A DNA stretch of 63,865 nucleotides, counting the filler, from Octopus bimaculoides (taxonomy: Eukaryota): NCBI RefSeq assembly GCF_001194135.2. It is 7 parts of 6 records of this genome, joined end to end, with 100 filler letters (N's around TTAATTAATTAA, not from the genome) between each part and the next. Parts side by side here need not be neighbours in the genome. Positions count along the whole stretch, not along the records: positions 23,872 to 55,733 come from NC_068985.1; positions 55,834 to 60,167 come from NW_026322121.1; positions 60,268 to 63,865 come from NC_068990.1; 4 more parts are not named here. One strand, given 5' to 3'. Positions 54,540 to 63,865 of this stretch are shown here, one piece after another (position 1 is the stretch's first letter; every line of letters begins with the position of its first letter). The notes beneath the pieces are model-generated. The model was not told where the DNA came from, searched no databases, and worked only from the letters and a program-made list of their open reading frames with translations. Both the position numbers and the translations under genes were made by a program.

Positions 54540-54955
54540 TAGATGTGGTTGTGTGGGAAGAGGCTTTCTTCCCAACAACTTGTTTCCGGGATCAATCTCA
54601 CTGTATGGCACCTTAGGCAGGTGTCTTCTACTTTTGCATCGGGCCAGACAAAGCCTTTGGTTGACGGAAACTAAAAGAAGCCCGACGTGTATATATATGT
54701 GTGTGTGTGTGTGCATGCCTGTGTGTGTGTGTGTATGTATGTGTGTGTGTGCGTGTGTGTGTGTGCATGTGTGTATGTGTCAGTGTTTGTCTCACCATCA
54801 TCATTTGCGAATCTGTGTTAGTGTGCTTACATCTCCGTTACCTAGCGGCTCGGCAAAAAGACACCGATAGAGTAAGTACTAGACTGTAAAATAAGTCCTG
54901 AGTTCGAATTGTTCGACAAAAGGACTTTCAAATCGGTGCTGAAACAAGTAAAAGA
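54540..54955 (+). mobile_element. Family B SINE, near full length
   Basis: Head, (TG)n and tail in order. Confidence 0.8.
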
Positions 54956-54997
54956 ATGAAAGAATGTGTGTGTGTGCGTGTATGTGTGTATGTGTGT

Positions 54998-55044
<47 letters not shown>

Positions 55045-55554
55045 TGTGTGTGTAAATATTCGAAATGTATAGTATTAAATATCCATCACGGCTGATCTTA
55101 CCAATCTGTTTCGCGTAAAGAATACAATGGAGTGTTTGGTAACAAACCGATTATATAACTTTACGCTCATCAACACACACATAGACACACACACACACAC
55201 ACACATTTGGTTGCGTGGATGGGGAAACAATGGAAAAAATTACAAGCACATAGAAAGAACATCATAGAGAGTGAATCAACGAAATAACGCTGATCCCTCA
55301 CCTCTACATGAGATATGTTCCCATAGAAATACACAGACACAGTTCGCCTCTCATTAAATCACACTCGCAGTGATGGACAATTATGGTAACACACCTGTAC
55401 ACCTGGAAGTTGTATCCAAACACTATGACGTGGTGACTTTGGGTTGACCTTGGATTCAGTGAAATTTGATATCAAAAACTATGATATGACACCATTTATA
55501 GTGGATAATATGACACATCACTTCGGAGTAATTCATAAGTTGATTTCATATATG

Positions 55555-55698
55555 TGGTAAGTAGCTTGCTTATAAACCACATGGTTCCGGGTTCAGTCTC
55601 ACTGCGTGGCACCTTGGACAAGTGTCTTCTACTATAGCCTCGGGCCGACCAAAGCTTTGTGAGTGGATTTGGTAGACGGAAACTGAAAGAAGCCCGTC

Positions 55699-55700
<2 letters not shown>
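55555..55700 (+). mobile_element. Family B SINE head, little diverged
   Basis: gtggtaagtagcttgctt...catggttccgggttcagtc...gaaactgaaagaagcccgtc. Confidence 0.85.
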
Positions 55701-55730
<30 letters not shown>

Positions 55731-56076
55731 ATANNNNNNNNNNNNNNNNNNNNNNNNNNNNNNNNNNNNNNNNNNNNTTAATTAATTAANNNNNNNNNNN
55801 NNNNNNNNNNNNNNNNNNNNNNNNNNNNNNNNNCTCCCAAGATACAAGAAAATCTATTTCAATGCATGAAGAATCGTCTAAAACAAATACAAAAACGAAT
55901 TATCATTGCATCTCCTGAAATATCGTCTTTCCTGAATCATTGGAATACAGCTTATTTAATAACATAGCTCAAAGCTAACGAAACATATATGCAACCTATA
56001 ATTATATATCGTATTGAAACGTTTAGCTATTACCAAAACGAAATAAAATCTAATGAAGAGCGAATGAATGACTAAC

Positions 56077-56313
56077 TTTCTAGCATTGAAATAACAGCTA
56101 TCGTATCAATGACATCTCGGGTCTCGCGTGCTATAGACTCTTCATGCGTTTGTATATAATCGAAGATACACGACTGTTGATTGTTACAGAATTCATTCAC
56201 GGTAAAGTTAGTAGTGAAGTTGCTGTTCCAAAAAGCTGGTAGGTAATCTGGATGTTGATAACTGCTCGCATTTCGGCCATTTTCGTATTGAAATATTGAA
56301 TCAGTGGTGGCCC
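56077..56313 (-). CDS. Exon D of the VWD-domain protein (post-VWD Cys-containing segment)
   Basis: Acceptor ttttcag|GG (T+GG=Trp) and donor GAAA|gttagt; 237 nt, phase 1-1; WATTDSIFQYENG...HPDYLPAF...FCNNQQSCIFDYIQT, matching the segment that follows VWD in MUC4/SUSD2-type proteins. Confidence 0.9.
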
Positions 56314-56586
56314 CTGAAAATAACAAAAAATTGCATAATATAAAGTGCCTAATATATAAATGAAGAGCTGATATACCTAAATATACACACGCGCGTGCAT
56401 AAAAAGGTACACTCACACACACATACACACAAACACGCACACAAACTCACACATGCACGCACACACACACACATACGTTCATACATACATCCTTCTTGGT
56501 GAAACATTGCAACCTGCTGTTTACATTAATTTTCTGTGAGAATATATATATATACCTATATATACATATATACATACATGCGTACC

Positions 56587-56621
<35 letters not shown>

Positions 56622-57505
56622 ACATACATACATATATATCTATATGTATATATATATATACGTACATATATGCACACATGCATACGTATATGTATATATA
56701 TATATATATANNNNNNNNNNNNNNNNNNNNNNNNNNNNNNNNNNNNNNNNNNNNNNNNNNNNNNNNNNNNNNNNNNNNNNNNNNNNNNNNNNNNNNNNNN
56801 NNNNNNNNNNNNNNNNNNNNNNNNNNNNNNNNNNNNNNNNNNNNNNNNNNNNNNNNNNNNNNNNNNNNNNNNNNNNNNNNNNNNNNNNNNNNNNNNNNNN
56901 NNNNNNNNNNNNNNNNNNNNNNNNNNNNNNNNNNNNNNNNNNNNNNNNNNNNNNNNNNNNNNNNNNNNNNNNNNNNNNNNNNNNNNNNNNNNNNNNNNNN
57001 NNNNNNNNNNNNNNNNNNNNNNNNNNNNNNNNNNNNNNNNNNNNNNNNNNNNNNNNNNNNNNNNNNNNNNNNNNNNNNNNNNNNNNNNNNNNNNNNNNNN
57101 NNNNNNNNNNNNNNNNNNNNNNNNNNNNNNNNNNNNNNNNNNNNNNNNNNNNNNNNNNNNNNNNNNNNNNNNNNNNNNNNNNNNNNNNNNNNNNNNNNNN
57201 NNNNNNNNNNNNNNNNNNNNNNNNNNNNNNNNNNNNNNNNNNNNNNNNNNNNNNNNNNNNNNNNNNNNNNNNNNNNNNNNNNNNNNNNNNNNNNNNNNNN
57301 NNNNNNNNNNNNNNNNNNNNNNNNNNNNNNNNNNNNNNNNNNNNNNNNNNNNNNNNNNNNNNNNNNNNNNNNNNNNNNNNNNNNNNNNNNNNNNNNNNNN
57401 NNNNNNNNNNNNNNNNNNNNNNNNNNNNNNNNNNNNNNNNNNNNNNNNNNNNNNNNNNNNNNNNNNNNNNNNNNNNNNNNNNNNNNNNNNNNNNNNNNNN
57501 NNNNN

Positions 57506-57990
57506 TGATGCGCTGTTGCAAAGTTTGGTGTTTAGTGCACTTACTTTTTGAGGAGGTCTGCCCTGCTGTTATGATAATATCTCATATGTATGTGAAGATT
57601 CTATGAAACTTTCTGGAGGCCAAACTCACCGATCTTGGAACCTCTGATGTGTAATTTCAGCAGGATTGGACCGTTACGCAAACTGCCAAATGATCAATGC
57701 AAATTTTGAGAGGACTATTTGTAGGACACTTGCACTTACGCAGGGACATTGGACGGCTTTCACATTTGTCTGATTTTACCCGCTGTGGTTATTCTTTTTC
57801 TTGTGTACCTGAGGGCTGAGGTTTACACAGATTGAACAATAACCATTGGGAAATAGAAACCTACTATACACCAAACAATCTCGCAAATACCACCGGAAAT
57901 TACTCGTTAAAAAGACTTCAGAGGATCGAAACCAAAACAGTATATAGAGGCTAATGTGTGGAGGATATTTTAAAGCCCAAATAAATCAAC
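57506..57990 (+). mobile_element. Decayed Tc1/mariner-superfamily transposase (catalytic C-terminal part)
   Basis: CAVAKFGV..YF, FQQD...T...SM..LR.LF.G, then a degenerate WP.RSPDL.PCD.FLWGYL-like region. The 5' part lies in the gap. Confidence 0.72.
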
Positions 57991-58189
57991 GTTTATCAGT
58001 TTATTCTAAGGCTCACATTTACCTCGACCTATTGCCAACTTGTAGAAGGTGTCAGTTTTTTTATATTTCTATTTTAGAAGGTTTTTAGCGAACTCTGTAT
58101 GAACTAGTATTGAATTTTAGTTAAGAAGCCGGGACATTGCATATGTTTAAAGCTGAACTATTAAATTAGAAGATCATATTTTCACTTAC

Positions 58190-58390
58190 AGCGTAAACCG
58201 AAATTTGTGTAAATAGTCCGTTCGTCTGAACCAGTTGAAATATAGGAATTATTAGGAAGCTGGAAGTCATCGCTTTTGTTGCCATTGAACGTTCCTAGCA
58301 ATCCGTTTGTGTATATCGATGACTTGTTTATAGTCACAGAGAGACCAAATTGTAAGATTTTATTTGCGAATGTGATACTGGCTGTGATAC
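58190..58390 (-). CDS. Exon C of the VWD-domain protein
   Basis: Acceptor ttacag|GT and donor CGCT|gtaagt; 201 nt, phase 1-1; GITASITF...TNGLLGTFNGNKSDDFQLPN...NFGLR(W), with the VWD GLLG.FNG...DD motif and FG..W completed across the splice. Confidence 0.93.
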
Positions 58391-58933
58391 CTGTAAGTAA
58401 ATAGATAGACATAAATATCATATATACATTCACTATACATAAGTGTTTATGTGTATTTGTGTGTGTTTGTGTGCATATGACTGTGTAAGTTTGTATGTAT
58501 GATGGTTGTGCATTGTTTATTAAAATAACAATGCTTTTGAAGTAGGTCCTTCATACATAGATTCATAGGCACATACATACATGCATACACGTGTATTTGT
58601 GTTATACGTACGTAAACGCATAGAAACACTCACACCTACTCTTTCTCTCTCTCTCTCTTTCTCTCACATACGCACACACACACATACATGGATAATTATA
58701 CGTCATAATTTGAAGGTAGATTGTCTTTTGAAGTACATACTCACACAAATACCAACCTTCATACACATACTGACGGCTGCAAAAGTGTTTTCTTGTTTAG
58801 TACACTGCCAACTGTTAGAAAACAACCTGGGTGCAAGCCGTCTCAGGAGTAAACATTGTCATTTTAAAGCAACTAAGATTACGCTATCTCTTGTGCCCGT
58901 CCTCCTTTTTGTCTTTTTAAGATGGAAGGGTAT

Positions 58934-59149
58934 TAATTTTCTACTCTAGGCACAAGGCCCGAACTTTTGGGGGAGGGGGGCCAGTCAATTAAAACGATCC
59001 CAGTACGCAACTGGTACTTAATATATCGATCCTGAAAGGATGAAAAGCAAGGTCGAACTCGGCAGAATTTGAACTCAGAACATAAAGACAGACGAAATAC
59101 GGCTAAGCATTTTACCCAGCGTGCTAAGATTTCTGCTAAGTTGACGCCT
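58934..59149 (-). mobile_element. Family A SINE in the intron between exons B and C, with a 17-bp TSD
   Basis: ttaagatggaagggtat / ttaagaaggaaggttat. Confidence 0.87.
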
Positions 59150-59248
59150 TTAAGAAGGAAGGTTATGATATAAGGAAAAGTTTGGGTAATATATCTATGT
59201 CAGCCACTCATTGATCGATCTGAGAGTAAATATAGGGCATATACATAC

Positions 59249-59383
59249 CACTGGAGAAAATAATCCAATAAATTTCTTGGTCAGGTACAGCTCTTCGTAT
59301 AAAAACTCCATTTTCTCGCCACTGGAAATCCTTCTGCGATTGAAACTGAGTCAGTTCTGCGTAATTTTCGGTAATGACTACAG
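59249..59383 (-). CDS. Exon B of the VWD-domain protein
   Basis: Acceptor ttttacag|CT and donor AGTG|gtatgt; 135 nt, phase 1-1; AVVITENYAELTQFQSQKDFQWRENGVFIRRAVPDQEIYWIIFSS(G); open and in frame with exons A and C. Not listed in the ORF track in this frame. Confidence 0.88.
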
Positions 59384-59483
59384 CTGTAAAATAATTCCAA
59401 ACCGATTATTAATAGTATGACATTACCGTCCGCAACTCTGTATTGGATTCTCTGCCACTGTAGGTAAGCATACGAGTTATTTG

Positions 59484-59542
<59 letters not shown>

Positions 59543-59678
59543 AATGCCATATGAATGTTTTACATAACATTCTGGCTAGTCACATTTGTTTACCTCTTCT
59601 TTATTATCAGCACCACCTTCGCAAAAATAAAGAATAAGTGGAACAAAATATGGCAAGCTAATCGGTTGTCTCGCTTAC

Positions 59679-59912
59679 CTTCTGCGTTGAGGGATGTCAT
59701 TACTTGTACGTGAGTTTCCGGTGTTTTAAATGCAAACGCCTCGAATACTGTTGCCTCTCCCGTAACGATTCTTCTGGTTCGACATTGTATCTTCATGATT
59801 GATGAATCGTCTGTCCTGTTGAAAATATTCAGTAAATCGAACTCACCATAGCCATTAAATGTATAGCTTACTCCATCAAGTGTTTTGAAGTGAGGATCAC
59901 CAAACATGAATG
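59679..59912 (-). CDS. Exon A of a VWD-domain protein (MUC4/SUSD2/Mesh-like); VWD N-terminus
   Basis: Acceptor tttttag|CA at 59914-13 and donor GAAG|gtaagc; 234 nt, phase 1-1; encodes FMFGDPHFKTLDGVSYTFNGYGEFDLL...HVQVMTSLNAE, the typical VWD start. Confidence 0.93.
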
Positions 59913-60346
59913 CTAAAAATAAGACAAGAGAAAGTTAGGATTTAAAAAATAGTATATCGACAAATATATACAACAAATATATATACAACAAATTCTTATA
60001 CATATTAAATGTCAAACGTATACTTCTTATATGTTAATATAATTACAGCTTTTAAGACTGTTAAACTTCATCTTTAATTGCTAAACACTATTAATATCTA
60101 AACTTCATTTGATTTAGTTTGATCTGTAATCATTATCGCATCACTTTTTCTTGGACCTAATATATAANNNNNNNNNNNNNNNNNNNNNNNNNNNNNNNNN
60201 NNNNNNNNNNNTTAATTAATTAANNNNNNNNNNNNNNNNNNNNNNNNNNNNNNNNNNNNNNNNNNNNATATATATTGTTATAAATCTTCCACTGAAGAGG
60301 GGGCCGGTTTCCAACAAAGATACAAAGCTCCATCTTTGGGATGTAG

Positions 60347-60606
60347 TTAACCCATTTGGTGCTTGAGAAAAGTCTTGCATATTTTTACTGTTCCACTCAC
60401 AGATTGCACTTGTAATGTATGAATCAGCCGGTCGATTTCTCTTTCTGAAAATCCCAGTTTATCCAGATTCTCCTTTAAGCATTTACTAACAAAACCTATT
60501 GCTCCAATTATTATTGCTATGAATATGGACTCATATTCTGGACACAGAAGCTGGAGGTTTCGATGCAGTTGTCCATAGATATCCTCTTTTTCTTTGATTT
60601 TCAAAG

Positions 60607-60610
<4 letters not shown>
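60347..60610 (-). mobile_element. 3' end of an RLE-type non-LTR retrotransposon (different family)
   Basis: KEKEDIYGQL...IIIGAIGFV...LIHTLQVQSVSGTVKICKTFL*, a C-terminus typical of restriction-like-endonuclease LINEs. Confidence 0.75.
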
Positions 60611-60637
<27 letters not shown>

Positions 60638-61269
60638 AATGAATGTATGTATGTATGTATGTATGTATGCATATATACACACCTCATATAATTTATAAAT
60701 ACATAGATACACAGGCATTTACTTTATATATGAGTATCTTAGTGCAATATGATCGAACAATTGTGAATGTGATAATACATACACATAAACATACACAGAC
60801 ACGCATATATGTATAGTTAATATATCATGGGTGTGCTAATTTGTAGTCTCTTAAATTGTAATCATATATAAATCTGCCAGCGTTTGCATATGAGTGCATG
60901 TGTATATATGTACGCATGTGCGTGCGTGTGTGTGTGTGTGTGTGTATGTGTGTGTGTGTGTGTGCGGGCGTGTCTAGGTGTAAGTATATGTATGAGCGAA
61001 TTTGAATACGCGTGTCTCAGAACAGGCGACTTGCCCGAAACGTATGTTGTTTTTTTAAAATTTATTTCATGATATAAAGTAAATTAAAATCATACCTTAC
61101 AGATACAACAATATATGTATATATANNNNNNNNNNNNNNNNNNNNNNNNNNNNNNNNNNNNNNNNNNNNNNNNNNNNNNNATATACATACATATGTATAT
61201 CCATGAATGAATTGAATGAATAAACATTATACATACACATACCTGTGTATATATACATATATATACACA

Positions 61270-61313
<44 letters not shown>

Positions 61314-61674
61314 CACATATACACACACATATACATATTATATTATATTATCTGCATATATAATATAATATGGGTAGAATCGATGTGTCTGTCTATTTTC
61401 GTAAGTACGAATATCTGTCTTGATTAACATCGAAGAAAATGCAAAAAATAAAAGATTCAAAAAGATATTATAGAAACAGACATAACGTCAATTAATACAA
61501 CAACGACAAAAAAGAAAAAAAAAATTCAAAGAGAAATAATCAAAAGAAATAAATTCATAAAATAAACAATATAAATAAATGATCAAATGAATCAACTTAA
61601 ATATCATTATTTTCGATGAAAAAGATTGATTAAGAATATACGCATATCTGCCTGTCTGTCTATCTATCTATCTT

Positions 61675-61721
<47 letters not shown>

Positions 61722-62109
61722 GCCTGCCTGCTTGTCTGCCTGTCGGTCTGTCTATATTGTAAATGTTAAGAAGTGTGACACTAATATCTTTATATTAATA
61801 ACGAGAAGAAGAATGGTTTGAGAACTTTATCATTAATAAGATAAGATCTTTACATTTTTATCAAATGATCGGTTTCAATTATTTAAACTGATTTAACCAT
61901 ATTGGAAGAGAGGAGAAAATACATTAATCTTTAATGAACTAATTTTTGTAAATTTACATAAGATTCTTTCAAAACTCATCTGTGGTTGTTCATTGGTCTC
62001 CATTTGATGGCTGCTAGGTCCAGATAGCAGCATTAGCATTTTGGTAGTGATAATTGTTTTTGTTCCTTACTGGCAATGCTCATATTAAGAAAGGTTATCG
62101 ACAGTGTGA

Positions 62110-62124
62110 GTTGTATGATGATGA

Positions 62125-62183
<59 letters not shown>

Positions 62184-63095
62184 CTGGTAGTAGTAGTAGT
62201 AGCAGCCGCAGCAGTAGCAGTAGTAGCAGTTGTAGCAACAGCAGCAGCACTGGTAGTGACTGCAGTAGTAGAGTTAATTAGTAGAGGTGGAAATGCTAAA
62301 AACCGTTAGTTTAGAGAGGGTGGTTTGTTTCTTTTCTTCAGTAGTAAGAGAGTAGGGGCCATACCCTTCTGCTGCTGCAGCTCCTCCTCCTCTTCCTCCT
62401 CCTCTTCCTCCTCCTCTTCCTCCTCCTCTTCCTCCTCCTCTTCCTCCTCCTCTTCCTCCTCCTCTTCCTCCTCCTCTTCCTCCTNNNNNNNNNNNNNNNN
62501 NNNNNNNNNNNNNNNNNNNNNNNNNNNNNNNNNNNNNNNNNNNNNNNNNNNNNNNNNNNNNNNNNNNNNNNNNNNNNNNNNNNNNNNNNNNNNNNNNNNN
62601 NNNNNNNNNNNNNNNNNNNNNNNNNNNNNNNNNNNNNNNNNNNNNNNNNNNNNNNNNNNNNNNNNNNNNNNNNNNNNNNNNNNNNNNNNNNNNNNNNNNN
62701 NNNNNNNNNNNNNNNNNNNNNNNNNNNNNNNNNNNNNNNNNNNNNNNNNNNNNNNNNNNNNNNNNNNNNNNNNNNNNNNNNNNNNNNNNNNNNNNNNNNN
62801 NNNNNNNNNNNNNNNNNNNNNNNNNNNNNNNNNNNNNNNNNNNNNNNNNNNNNNNNNNNNNNNNNNNNNNNNNNNNNNNNNNCTCCTCGTCATCTTCCTC
62901 CTCGTCATCTTCCTCCTTGCCTTCTTCCTTTTCGTCCCCCCTTCCTCCTCCTCCTCCTCCTCCTCCTCCTCCACCACCACATCATCATCATCATCATCAG
63001 CAACAGCAGCAGCAGCAGCAGCAGCAGCACCAGTAGGAGCATAAACAGTAGCAGCTGTAGAGCAATTTCAGCAGCAGTAGCAGTAGTAGTTTCTG
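62110..63095. repeat. (TAG)n, (TCCTCCTCT)n and (CAG)n low-complexity block around a gap
   Basis: Directly visible. Confidence 0.92.
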
Positions 63096-63119
63096 TAGTT
63101 ACCCTTGCTCTTTCTGTCG

Positions 63120-63470
63120 AACAATGGTTTGGTGCAGGCCAGTGTTTGGTTATGAAAGTTGTTTCCTTGTTGACGAGTTGCTGTTGACGAGTGTCACCAG
63201 CAAATTGATGATATAACGGAACATCTTAAAATTTGGTTGCTTCTTACCTGCACATGTGTCTATATGTTCTTATTTGTCCTATTTGTCTGTGTTCCGTTAT
63301 TCTAATTTTTTATCTATACAGATTCTGCGTTGTGTAAAGGACATCCTTGTTTGCCCTATGTAGTTCTCTTCACTCCCTGAGCGTGTATCTGCATAAATTT
63401 GGTTTTCAGACACATATATGTAGTTGTTTTTTTTAATTTTGAAGACTTGGCACTGTTAAAACAGACCTTC
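63120..63470 (-). mobile_element. Penelope-like GIY-YIG endonuclease fragment (second family)
   Basis: SENQIY..T.SG.EENYIGQTRMSFTQR...EHIDTCAGKKQPNF...KETTFITKH.P; decayed and not in the ORF track. Confidence 0.72.
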
Positions 63471-63493
63471 TATCTTTCTGACAGGTTTAAAAA

Positions 63494-63715
63494 TACGAGT
63501 GGGGGCTGAAAAGTTCCTAGCTTTGGGTAAAAGAAAATACAGGAGGATCAGTTCATTATGATTTTATTGAACATATTCCCCTCTAAGATTCACTCACTTA
63601 TAGGTAATAGTCTAGATTTTCTAATCCCTGTAAAAGAACTCAGAAGGTTGAGTCCCCAGCCAGACCTTTCCCAATACCCTGGCTTTAAACCAGGAACTCT
63701 TCAACACCCCTCGTA
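63494..63715. mobile_element. Mariner-type MITE (about 218 bp) with TA target duplications
   Basis: TA|CGAGTGGGGGCTGAAAAGTTCCTAGCTTT ... AAACCAGGAACTCTTCAACACCCCTCG|TA; imperfect TIRs of about 27 bp. Confidence 0.85.
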
Positions 63716-63865
63716 TTCCGCATACTTTTACGGGCGGTTCTGCTGTTAATGTATGAAGTCTGGACTTTACTAATATTTATTATGCCTGATTTGGGCTAAC
63801 TTCAGTTTTTTCATCTTTTATTTTTATCTCGGTACGTGTTTGTGATGGCATGTGAACCAGCTATT

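Noticed and set aside
60283-60340. CTGAAGA box near the RLE 3' end, a possible second hammerhead
   Set aside because: No downstream GAAA box or stems in the required order.
62125-62280. Poly-Thr frame on the gene's strand upstream of exon A
   Set aside because: A (CTA)n microsatellite with no splice sites; an AMOP-type exon is expected at this position.

Overview
AT-rich, microsatellite-saturated eukaryotic genomic DNA from a gappy draft assembly. The SINE repertoire and simple-repeat load suggest an octopus (coleoid cephalopod); this is an inference. The only well-supported host gene is on the minus strand: four spliced phase-1 exons (59912-59679, 59383-59249, 58390-58190, 56313-56077) join into 269 stop-free codons encoding a von Willebrand factor type D domain with an FGDPH motif (MUC4/SUSD2/Mesh-like). 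The gene enters from beyond the right edge. Weaker candidate downstream exons lie at about 15.2 kb (running into a gap), 6.4 kb, 0.76 kb and 0.03-0.2 kb. The rest is mostly a layered graveyard of transposons: R4/Dong-like and other RLE-type LINE fragments associated with (TAA)n, CR1-like LINE remnants, two Penelope-like GIY-YIG fragments (one inside a 3-kb inverted-repeat composite), a Penelope-type hammerhead ribozyme motif, hAT and Tc1/mariner transposase relics, a mariner MITE, a foldback MITE, Helitron-like termini and dozens of tRNA-derived SINE copies. Nearly all entries in the ORF track are microsatellite or N-gap artefacts. No rRNA, true tRNA gene or CRISPR array was seen. TE boundaries and identities are estimated by eye.
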